Program-made: the position numbers and the translations under genes | Shown here: positions 35,701-47,700 of the stretch, piece by piece | How positions within the stretch are numbered: position 1 is the first letter of the stretch | Layout: every line of letters begins with the position of its first letter | Assembly (NCBI GenBank): GCA_028534125.1 | Contig: CM052823.1 | Span: 124,001-188,000 of the forward strand | DNA length: 64,000 bases | Source: Lama glama | Lineage: Eukaryota | Reading direction: 5' to 3' | The notes under the pieces: model-generated | Seen by the model: the letters and a program-made list of their open reading frames with translations, nothing else | What the model was told of the DNA's origin: nothing | The model's database searches: none

Positions 35701-38700
35701 AGGGGCCCTGGGACAACAGGCGGCCTATGGGCAAGTTGGGGGCCAGAGCAGCACTCGGGTCTCTGCCGAGCGACAGGTGAACCGGAGGGCAGGGCAGGGG
35801 GCAGCGGGGTGCGGCCCCGCCCGTGTGGACTGCCCTTGGACGTGCCCTGAGCCGGCCGGCCGCCACGCCAGGAGCACAGCACACGCGGCACCGTGCCGGC
35901 GCCCCAGGCCTTACCCCTACTGGGCATCAAGAGGCGCTTCTTCACGTTGCCTGGCAGCGCCCGCGGCAGGAGAGAGCAGAGAACACACGGTCAGCGGGCG
36001 CGGCGCGGCGGGGACCCGGGCCTGGCCCCCGGGCACAGGCTGTGCTGGCCGAGCCCAAGGCCCCGGACTCACCGTCCACCCCGTTGTGCTGCTCGTAGCC
36101 CCTCTTGCCCAGGATGGTGGGGGAGCCGTTGTTGATGACAGGGGCCGCCTTGACCGGGGTCAGGCCGCTGAGCACACCGGACACGCTCTTCACAGGGTCG
36201 GGCTTGGGGGGGCGGGGATGGGTCTCTGTGGGGGGCAACGTGGGCAGGTGCTCAATGGGTCATCAGCAGCATGACCCAGGAGAACACGGCCTGGGGTCCA
36301 CAGAGACCAGGGCCCCAGAGAGCAGTACAGGCCTGCACCCCCAGGCCCAAGCCCCAACCACTGAGCGGGATCACCAGCGACTGCCGCAGCTGACGGGCTC
36401 CGGGCTCCAGACACCCACAAACAAGCAGACCCACCTAGGGACCACCAGAGCTGATGCACAGGGCTGGCCACATCTGCCGAGGCCCCCCGCCCGTGGATCC
36501 TCTCAGGACCTCCTCGCACAGGTCAGGGCGAGGCCAGGCCCAGGACCGAGACTGCAGACAGCAAGTGGAGCCAGGGCCACTTGTGTCTGCTTGGAGCAGC
36601 TTGGCTCACGGTCTTGGAATGTCCTTCTTGGAGGGAAAGCCACCTCCACCCCGGGGGGCAATGGCTCATGAGCCAGCCAAGCCTAGCCAAGCAAAGAGCC
36701 CTGCCCCTGCCCCCCCAACCCTTGGGACAAGGATCGTGTGGCTGGTCGGGTGGCGGGTAAAGCCAGCCAAGGTGCTCAGGGCCCACACAGCACGAGGGCC
36801 TCCCCGAGGGCACAGGGCAGCCCCTGTGGGTGCTGGTCTAGTGTGCCCCACCCAGGCTCCCAGGGACTTCAAGGTCAAGGAGAGCGGATGGCAAGACAGG
36901 CGGGCTCGGTGTGCCCGAAGGGCTGGACCCTACTGGGGGATCGGGGCGCGGCTTCTCTGCAGGCCACCTGGCCCTCCCGCCGGGCTGAGTTGGAGGGGGC
37001 GGGCTCACCAAGATACCGAAGGACGGCTTCCAGGGGCTTCCGCACGGCCTGCTTCAGCACAAGCGGGCTCTGGGAGGCTTCCGGCAGCCGGGCCGTGCCT
37101 GCGAGGGGCCGGGGGAATGGTGGGGGCCGGGGTCAGGACTCCTGCCCAGGCCTGCGCGCCCCTCCCCACCACCCGCGCTGCATCTCCCTGCGGGGCAGAC
37201 ACTCACACTCGGCCTTGATGGCTGCGCTGTTGATAGGCGTGTAGGGGTGCCGGGCAGCGTGCCACGGGCGCAGGATCTCTCGGCACAGGCGCCGGGCGAT
37301 CCGCGTGAGCTTGGTGGTGTGCAGGTAGAAGGCCTGTCTCGTCTTCATGGCAAACTTGGGGCTCCCGCTGCTCCGGGCTGGGACGCCATGGGGGCTCTGT
37401 GGAAGGGGGCGCGCGGCCCCGACACAGCGCCATGACTGAGGGCCGGGCCGTGGGGCACGTGCTGGGGCGGGGAGGAGGGCCCACTTACCATGTTACTGCG
37501 GTTGGNNNNNNNNNNNNNNNNNNNNNNNNNNNNNNNNNNNNNNNNNNNNNNNNNNNNNNNNNNNNNNNNNNNNNNNNNNNNNNNNNNNNNNNNNNNNNNN
37601 NNNNNNNNNNNNNNNNNNNNNNNNNNNNNNNNNNNNNNNNNNNNNNNNNNNNNNNNNNNNNNNNNNNNNNNNNNNNNGCAGAACCAGTGACGGCAGAGAG
37701 CATTACACAGCTGTCACCCGCCCGCCCGCCTGCCCGCCGCCCTGTCCCCACGGGCCCGGGCACCCCCTCATACCCCGGGAGAGGGCTTCCCCAGGCAGGG
37801 TGTGGCCCCTGTCCCCGGGACGGGCCCCCGGGGCGGTGCAGGGGCGCCCAGTGCTGTGGGTCGGGGCACGCCCTGGGTGCCGGGCGGGGCACTTACTGTA
37901 ACAGCTCTCGCAGGCCCGGCCGGCCCCAGGGCTCTGGCCTGGCGCCCCTGCGCCGTTCACCACGCCTGCCTTGACACTGTTGACGCTGATCTGGTTTGGG
38001 TTCGGCTTGTTACTTAGGTAAGCGAAAGAGGGGAGTCACAGGAGCGCCAAGATGGGATGAGTGGCTCCCGGGGCCCCGGCAGCACCCTCCACCCGACCCG
38101 CCTGGCCACAGTGGAGCCGCCCTCCCCTGCCCAGGGCGTACGGCCTTCCACCCCTGAAGTCCCAGGAGCAGCCCCCGCGGGGGTCCCAGCCCTTGTCTGC
38201 CCCCAGGTCCGTCTGCCTGGGCCTTGCCTTCAGCCACACCCCACCTCACCTATCCCAGGCCACCAGGGGCTTTGGTGACAGGCCCCCAGTGCTCCTGGCA
38301 CTAGGCAGGGTAGTGCCGCGGGACCCTCTGACGCCAGCACCCGCCGCCCCCCCCCCCAGGGAGAGCGGGGCAGCCACGAGGCGCACTTACTAGTTGGGGA
38401 TATAAACTTGCTTTAACTTGCTCTCTGCTTCCGCGGCTTTCAAGCGTTTCTTCAAACACAAAACAGAGGGTCAGGGAGGCCAGCAGGTGCTGTCCCTGCA
38501 CTGCCTCCCTCAGGAAGATCTTCGTGAGAGGTCGTCTTAAAATTCACCCAGGGCCTGGCTGGCAGAGCAGCGGGTGCCCTGGGACACCTGCCCTCTGCCT
38601 CCCGCCCCTCGCCGCCCCCAGGCGCCCCGGCCCTGGAGAGAGGGGACGGGCAAGGGTGGGCAGCTCACCTGCTGCACATATCTGTCGGTGGTCTTCCACA

Positions 38701-41700
38701 TGTAGTAGTATTCGATGATGCTGGTGAGCGACTTCCAGGGCAGCTAGGGAGGGAGGGGGGCGCATCAAGGCAGGGCGGGATGCGCTCTGTGGGGCGTGCC
38801 CTCCCCCAGCACGTCAGGACTCTTCTCCAAGTCACACTTCATCTGGGCGAACTCCAGCTTCTTAAAACACTTCACGGAAAGGGCTTCCTCCCTGGGCCTC
38901 CACACCCCCAAAGCACCTCCGTCCCTTGCTGGGCGAGCCTCCCTTCTCCGGCACAAGGCACACGGCAGGCCACCTGGACGTACTGCCCCATCCCTGCCCC
39001 GGGACTCGAAGCTGCACTGCTCCCACCAACAGCGCCCAGGAACCCTGCTCCAAGTCCCAGCGCCCTGGGTCGAGGCACCCACTGTGGGCTCTGGAGACTC
39101 GAGTCTGAGTCCCAAGGGACCCTTAGGCTCTGGCCTGTGCATCCTGTGCTGCTGAGTTCACAGCGCTGCCTACAGAGCCAGCGTCCTATGCGCACACTAG
39201 GTGCTGACCCTGCACAGATTCACCTACAACTTGTGCCTTGCGAAGTGGAGAATTCGGACACCACATTTTGTCCACCTGGTCTGTCCCGACAGTGAGTCAG
39301 GGCCCCACAACACGTGGGTGACAGTGGCCAGGAGGACGGCATGTCCCCACCGCCCCCGTGGGGTCTGACCTGTCTCCTAGCTCTGCTTGGGATTTTGCAG
39401 GTTCTGCGTGTGTCTGCCTCACAGCGGGGCCGGCTCTCGGGGCTTGGCCTATGCCTCATGTCCCGTGGGGCTGCATAGGTCCCTCTGACAGCCACTGGGA
39501 CCCATGCAGCCTGATGCGGCTTCTCCACCCTTAGTGGTTCCCACCTGCCTTCTGGAAGCCGCTCCACTGACACAGCCCCGTGGACCGGCCTCCTGTTACC
39601 GCCAAGCCCCTACTCTGAATTAGACGCTGGCGAGCCCGCTGCGGCCCAGGCCCTCCTCAGGGCTGCTAGTCAGGCTGCCTGGCCACCCTGCTGCCTTCTC
39701 TGCACCAACACACACTTTCGAGGGACCCGCCAGCCTCCCCATATCGGGGAGCTGCCCTCCGCTCAGATGAGTCTCAGTGTGTTCTAGGGGCCCTCAGGGC
39801 GTGGTGGGGGTCCCTGACGGCCCTGTCCCTGTCTGCACTGGAATTCCCACGGGCTCACTGGGTGGACACTTTCAACACTTTCAAGGGACACAAAACAGCG
39901 GCATAAAAGGAGAGACTTAACTACTTAAAAAACAACAAACCAAACCAAATAAACCAACTCAACCACGCACGGGGTTCCAATTGCTGGTGACGACCCCGGC
40001 GACACCAGCACTGGCCCTTGACCTGGCAGCACACGGCACACGTGGCTCTCAGCCCCGACCCCACCAGGTGCCCCCGCGGGTCTCCTCTGGAGCCACTGAC
40101 GGACGCTGGGCACGGAGACACGGTGGCCTTGGGGGGAGAACTGGGTCCTAAGCTACCCCACAGCACTCACAAAATCTTGCTGAATGTCTGTGAAATCCTT
40201 CCCATATTTTTCCAGGGCCTCCTCGAAAAGGCTGGCCTCCGAAGCCGACCACTCCTCCATCTCATCCCTGCAGAGCACGGGCCCGCCCTGCGGCACCAGG
40301 GCTGAGATGGCCTTGGCGACGTCGTACACGCTCCTGTGCAGTGTGTCCATGGCGTGGAACTGCAGCAGGAGAGGCAGGGTCACCCAGGCCCCGGCTCTGC
40401 TGTGAACCCCCCCACCCGGGGCAGGGGACACACCCAGGCCAAGTCTGGGAGGCCACAGGACAAGGGGGAGCCCCATGCAGGGCTCGCCAGCCCTCCTGCC
40501 TAGGAGAGAGCGAAGTCTCGGGGGGCAGCCAGGATGCATGGGGACACCAGGGCCTCCAGGCAGAGCGTGGGGAGGCCCCTCCCAGAAGACCTAGGATGGG
40601 GTCGAGGGAAGGGTGGCTCAGCCAGGCCCGAGGCTGGCAGGCGGTGGGCGCTGACCTGCGGTCTCACAGCCGTCCCCCCACCCCCACGGGTGCGGCACCC
40701 CCAGGAGGAAGTGCCCTGAGCAGGGCAGGCGCCATGCACATGGGAGGGGCTGGCCTAAGGCAGGTGAGCCGTCTTCCAGAAGACACAGCTACCACTCTGC
40801 GACAGGAGACTGCAGAGGAGCAAGACGGCCCCCTGCACAACAAGGTCCCAGCAAGGGTCACCGCCTGGGACAACCAGAAGCCGTGTGCTGCAATCCCAGG
40901 AGGGTGGGTGCCCCTGGTCTTGGCCTTCCAGTGGCCACTTACCAGGGTGATGTCCCGGGAGGCGGCCGCGGCACTCATGTGCAGGCTGGGCTGTCGGACT
41001 GAGCTGCTGCAGTCCAGGGCCCGGGCGAAGGTCCCCACGGAGCTGGGGGGAGGAGAGACACTGAGCACCAGAGTGCACAAGCAGGAGGGGCGGCCAGACC
41101 GACCAGGACACATAAAGATGTGCCCAGACTCAGCCGTCCTGAGACGGAGCCCTTTGGTCTGGAGCAAGGGGCCGTCATCTCGGGTTTTCTGTAAACCTCT
41201 CCTTACTCAAGAGCCTCCAGGTCCTAATACTCAAGACCCTGTTTCCACGTTGTTTCCAACGGCACAGGACCCAGGAGCCTGCTGGATGCGTGGCCACAGT
41301 GCCTCACGGGGGCTCCCTTCTGCTGACCCAGCCCAGGGACCTGCGAGGCCCTGGGTCTCTGAGGCCACATCTGTTGCAGCTGCCTCACCCAGTCCCCAGG
41401 GCAGAGCTAGATGAGTACCATCACCCAACCTACAGTCTTATTCAGCCTCTGCTGGCGGCGGCCCCTGGGGTACAGGGGCCGGCAGGTGGAGCTGCCCCAG
41501 GACCCACAGGGACACAGCTGCAGTCAGCAAACCCCAAGAGCCGTCTCCATATCCAGGGAAGGGCCAGGACCCTGCCTGGCCTCCTTGGGAACTGCAAAGC
41601 GGTCTTAACAGCAGAGGCCTGGCTCCTCTGACCTCCCACACCCTTCACTGGGGTACGCCCTGCAAGACAGACGCCATGGCCTCACGTCCTGACGCCTGCT

Positions 41701-44700
41701 GCAGGAGTGGGCAGCAGCTGTGCCCAGGGTCCAGGGACGGAACGGTCGCCCCGGCCCAGGACTCACCGGGCCACCACCAGGAACTGGTCGACCTGCTTGT
41801 CTGTGAGCGGGTTGTGCGCCTCCCACACCTTGGTCTCCAGTTTGGACTGGTCTCGGCCATCTTCCTCACCTGCAAGGGAGGAACACCGCACGGTGAGACC
41901 AGCCAAGGCTGTTCTGAGACTCCCGTCAAGGCCATTTGGGGCCAAGGGTTGGCCTGCTCCCAGGGGTCACCGAGACTGGCTGCTCTTGCAGGGGGTGGCC
42001 ACATGCCCTCCTGCAGTGCTGGGAGCGAGCCCAGGGGCCGGGCACACACGCAGATGAGCGCACACAGGGGCTGCCGGCTGCAGCTCCAAGGCGAGCTCAG
42101 CACGGGATGGGTCTTCCCCTCTGCGAACAGTGGTGCGCAGCAGGCGCCTGGGGCTGGCGGGCCGCAGTCCTGGTGGAGGAGCCGAAGAAGGTGCCGTCAG
42201 GAGGCTGGCGGAGCACGGCCAGCTGGGCAAATGGACGAAAGCAGCTTGGTTTCGATCCATCAGGCTTTTTGTTACGAGATGTTGCAGGGTCAGGGCCGTT
42301 GTTCCCAGCCCCCCAGGGGCAGCACCTATGTGACCATGGGCCAGTCACAACCAGGACACTGACATCAACGCAGTGCAGACACTCACGCCGGGGCCACAGG
42401 CTGTCTCAGAGCATCTCTCCTTTCAGGAGGAGGCCCTGGCCGCACTGCCGGCGCAAGTGTCCCTTGCTGTGTGCTCCATGGTCAGCAAGGGGGAGACGGA
42501 GGGACCTTCGCTCACAGAGCCCAGACGAGGCCCAGAGTGCAGCCAGGCTTAGGGGGAGGCCCACAGGGCGGCTTCCTGGTGGCAGCCGTGTCACGTCCAC
42601 ACTCAGCCTTTGTTGCTCTTGGTGGCAACCAACTTCCAGACCCAGAATGCAACCCTCACAGCGTCGGGGAGCCCAAGGGGACCCCGGTGTTGCGGGATCA
42701 AGTGGGGCTGGGCGTGGCTGCAAGTCACCAAGGAAACACCTGCCCCCTCACCACAGGGAAGGTCAGAGCCCCTAGGCTCCACAGACGGCGCTGGGCTGGG
42801 GGCTCAGGGGGAGAAGCCCTGCTCGGCAAACTAGCAGGGCAGACCCAGAGGCTGGGTCCCGGGGGCCGCTCCGAGGGGAGACACGTCGTGACGCCTGCAG
42901 GACCAGTGCAGGTGGGGCTTTCAGCGTCAGGGGTGGGCTCCTTCCTAGGGGGCAGCTGGGCACCTGGGGTCCTGCACCTCCTGGCATCCGTGGTCTGTGG
43001 GCCACGACCAGCCCCCAGTGACTGCCAGGCAACTGAGTCCAGAGCCTCAAGCACAGGCCGCTGTGGCCCTTGGCCCTACCTGTCCCCCGCACTTGTCCCC
43101 CCACACCACGCTCGCTCCTTGCCGGCCTTCGTGGGCGTTGACTTTTGATTTCACACGCGTTAAAGGCAGGGGTGCGGCTTCACTCGCTGGCAAGGGCCCG
43201 GGCTCCAGGAGGTGTGGGAAGATAGGAGGTCGAGCCCACACCGACCCCTCCTCCCACCATGGCCCAGGAGGTGGTGGGGCTTCCCTGGGGCTCCCAAGAC
43301 CAGAGGTGCGCCTCCCACCAGGCACCCAGGGCCGCCGGGGAAGTAAGGTCCCGCTGACGTCCCCACAGGGCCTCTCCCAGTTCCCAACGGGTGTGGCCAT
43401 CCACAGGCCCCTCACCCTCAGCCCCACGGGGCCCCGGGAGGATGCCAGTCCCTGGAGTAGGGCCCTGGTGCTGCTGCACCCGCGGCAGGGGCATGGGCCG
43501 CTCACAGGCCCCGGAGAGGCCATGCCAGGAGACCCCTGGGCAGCAGCAGCCGGCTCCTGGTAGGCGGGAGGCCACAGGGTGGAGCTCCATGGCTGCACAC
43601 AGGACGAAGCCAGATGCACCTGAACAGATGGGAACCACACTTCCCAGTGAGCCCCCCGCCACGCGGCTTCCCATCAGCCTGGCACAGTGCCCCCTAGTCT
43701 GGAAGGAACCCCCAAGGGACAAAGAGCAAAATCCACCAACGGGAGGAAGCAGGTGCCCGTGTGCACGTCTGAGACACGTGTACATAACAGGACACGTGCA
43801 CACCAGCCAAGACCCGACGGACGTGGAAGAAAACTAGACGGGACTCAGGGACGTCAGGCGTCCCACAGCGAAGAGGCGCCGTGAGAGCAGGGGCGGGGTG
43901 CCCCCAGACGCAGGAGGAGCCCACTGTGGGCACGAGAGCCACGGCCCCAGACCAGGCAGGTCCCAGGCAAGCCCCGAGGGAGACGGGGCCCCAAGAACCC
44001 CTGGCAGTGGCTGCAGGCCGGCACCAGGCAGGGATGACCGGCCCCTTCACGGAGGAGTAAAGGCTGGACGAGAACAAGGCACTAAGGCGGCCCCGCAGCC
44101 AACCAGTCGGGCAGTTCAGCCGTCAGGCCTGTTTCATGGAAATTTCGTGACGAGTCAGCAGAAAGCGGTGACGAAGCCATGCAGGGAGCACGGGACAGGG
44201 AGGCAGCAGTCGCCCCACAGTCTGAAGGAAGTCCTTAGAAACAAGGACACAGACTGAAGGCAGCAGGGGAGGTGAGTGTCCACGCCTGCACAGCCTCTGG
44301 GTGCGGGACCCCTGCACCCCGCAGGGGCTCTGACACCAGTCAACCCACCTGCCGGAGCGCAGCCGCAGCTCGGGGCCCAAGCAGCACACAGCGGGGACAC
44401 AGGCTCCTCCACGCGGCCCCCGAAGGGCCCAGTGCGCTGCCGGTCACCCCCAGCAGGTGAAGCTCAGGCCTCACCCCAGAACCGTGCCCCAGCCAGACGC
44501 CACAGGCCTCCAGTCACCACGGGCCCACGCTGCTGTCTGCACTGCTTGGGAGGGGTCAAGCCCACCTGCGTGCCCCCGTGCACGGTGGCCTCACTGACGT
44601 GCCCCCCACTTGCAGAGGTCGGTGACATAGCCAGGTTCATTCAAACAAGTTTTTCGTAGAGGAAAAGTGCTTTTAAAAAGTTACGAAAACAAATGCCAAA

Positions 44701-47700
44701 AGGAAACAAAATCTCCATGGAGTTGCCAGGGAGGGTCTGGAGACCTGTCCTGTCGGGGTCCCAGGGCTGCTGCCCAGACAAAACTTCCAGAGCCACCACC
44801 CCTCCTGCCAGCCTCCCTGCCTGGGGCTGCTGAGGGGCCTGCCCACCTACCTTCCTTCAGCAAGTCGGTGATGTCTGCCTGGTACCGGTTCCCTACACGA
44901 ATCTCTCCCTTGTCAGCCAGGAGGGTCTTCTGCTGGGGGTCGTAGACTAGAGAATAGAAGAAGAAGTCCTGGAAAACAGCACAGAGGCAGCGTCAGCATG
45001 CGCGGGGCCTGGCCCAGAGCCCCGGGGGCGAGGCCGCCTCCGCGCTCCCGGAGGCGGGGGGGGGGGGGGGGGGGGNNNNNNNNNNNNNNNNNNNNNNNNN
45101 NNNNNNNNNNNNNNNNNNNNNNNNNNNNNNNNNNNNNNNNNNNNNNNNNNNNNNNNNNNNNNNNNNNNNNNNNNNGCATCTAGGGACAAAGCCAACAGAT
45201 TCTGGGCATGTCCTTGGAGGAGATGGTGCAGTTTTCGCGTGGTTGTCACAGGCGACGTACACAAGGGTACAGAATGTTCTGGACTCGATGCCCTGAGCTG
45301 TCAGCCAAGTGGCCGCCTCTGCCTCCACGCCTGTCTGCACCGACCCGCCAGCTCCCAGGCCGTCCCGGCTGGAATCTGCTCAGTCGGCCTTCCTGGCCTT
45401 TGCCGCCCCGCACCCGAGTCCCACATGCTCAGTCGTGTTTTCTGGAAACTGCCTTCCGCCAGTTTGAACTGTTTTTGAGCCAGCCCGCCGACCCAGGCCT
45501 TCCAGAGGGTCTCGCCATGTGCACTCCGGGGTCACAGTGCCTGCGTCCCCACTTCACCCTCCTTGACTCCCTGGCAGGTGCCAGAGGCCCTTGCCCCACC
45601 CTCCTCTGCTCCTTCAAACCTGCCTCCTCAGTGCCTACCGCAAGGAGCTTCCTGCACTCCCCAGGCGGCCAGTGGGTGGCGCCCGTGCCTGTGTCCAGTG
45701 TGGGCTGCAGCTGCGCCTGGGGACCACCTGAGAATAGTCAGTTCTCGCCTGGGGCCGCTCAGACCCAAGAGGGAAGGTTTTCTCACTGTGTAAGGGCGGT
45801 TAGCTTCTTAGACAGCTGAGAGGAGACAAGCTAAAAATGTCCCAACGTGCGCACCCTGGAGACACACACAGGCCCCCGAGTGTGGCCCGCGCACTTGCTG
45901 GAGAGAAACCAGTTCACAGCTGACCTTTCTGTTCACAGACATTCCTCCATGTCACTTCCTCAGTGCGGCTGTCACTCAGGGGTTTTTCTGAACTGCAGAC
46001 AGCACCCCACTGCCAGTGGAAACAAGCCTGGAGGCCATGGCCCCCACCCCTGCCGCGCTGCTCCCCTGGGCCCGGGGGTGCCCCGCTGGCTCCCCAGGGC
46101 TGACTCCAGCTCTCGACTCTGAGTCCAGCCTCGGTGAGACCTCAGCAACGGCTGCCCTCCCTGCACTGCTGCGTCCACGTCCAGCCTGCCCCCTCACCCT
46201 GCTTGGCCCCTGGGACGAGCGGGCTCTGCCTGGGTACAGGGGGCTGTGGCTGAGAACAAGTCCCACCTACAGGTGGTGAGACTCCTTTGTGGAGTTGAGG
46301 AGCAGCTGCAGGCATGTCCCCTCGGAGCCCTCAGTGCACAGGGACACACAGGGAGGGGACCCTGGCCCCATGACCACGCCCTATCTGACCCCAGGAGTCC
46401 CCTTGTGCTGCGACCTGTCCCCCTTGGTAATGCTTATGCCCAGCTGCTCAGGACCTCAGAGCATGTGACCCTGCCACCCCACAGGCCACCTGCCAGAGTC
46501 TCAGAACAGGGTGACGCTCCCAGGACACACACATCATCTGGAGACGTTTTTGGTTGTCACAGCTCAGGAGAGGGGCGCTGGGCGGGCAGCCCACAAAAAG
46601 AACCACCGGCCCTGGGTGTCACCACAGGCTGGGACTGAGAGGCTCCTCTCCCGTCCTTGCCTAGGGGACGAGGTCGGCCCCGTGGCCCCAAGCCCGTGGC
46701 ACCACTGACATCTCTGATTTTATCAACTTAGAAACTCTCTGGTCGAGCGGCTAGCATGGTTCTGGGTGGACACACTGAGGACTTGAGGAGGTGGCCTGGA
46801 CCGCTGTTCGACCACACGCCCGCTGGGAGAGCCCTGATGGGGGCCACGGTGGCCAGCACGGGTCCTTGTCACTCCCCCCAGGACAAGCCGTGCCCCTCCT
46901 GGACCCCCGGGGGAGGAAACAGACCCCCAGGAGCCACCATACCCGCTGTGGGCCCTCACTCTGGAGGCGCGAGGAGTGCGGGCCGCGCAGGGCACGGGCT
47001 GGGGTGTGCCTGAGCGCAGAGTGAGGTGAGAGCAGACGCCCCCACTCAGACCCACAGAGGCCGGGACCCAGCTCCTGCCTCCGCCCGCTGGGATGCCAGG
47101 GCCAGCCTCACCTCCCGCTCCAGGTAGGACTTGAGTGACTCGGTCTCGTTCAGCAAAGTGACGCTGCATTTCCCTCTGCAAGAAAAGGACAGGTGCGTCA
47201 GAGGAGGCGGGCAGACCCCTCACGCCGGCCCCGGGCTCTGGGTACCTGATGTGGGTGGCGGGCAGTGACTCCAGCTGCCTCGACAGGAACAGCTCCCGAT
47301 GCCTCAGCTGGTGCTTAAGCTTCTCGGGCAAGTCGACCATTTCCGGGTTCTCCATCTCCTCCTCTATTTCTCCTGAAGGACAAAGCGCTCCTATGAGCCA
47401 GTCCTGAAGTCTCACACTCAGGCCACCAGACAAAGGCTCCCCAGCCGGCTGCATGGCCCCTCCCCCTGCGGGACCCGGCACACATGCTGGTGCCAATGTG
47501 TCTGTCCCAGCCCAGCCACCCCAACGCTGAGCATCCCTAAGTCCCAGGGCCCCTGAATAAGGACAGCACTGTGCTGGCCTGGGAAGAGCAGGCAAGAGGA
47601 AGGAGGGAGAGCCAGAAGGCAGTGCTGCACGCCCAGTGCCCGAGGCCACCGCACGCTCTGCCCACAGTTCCCCGCGCCAGCAGGCCCAGCGTGCAGGCAG

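Noticed and set aside
40341-41414. 357-aa ORF antisense to MTA1 exons 9-10
   Set aside because: Shadow ORF with no homology signal.
45056-45075. G20 tract as a functional G-quadruplex
   Set aside because: It abuts an assembly gap and may be a sequencing or assembly artefact.
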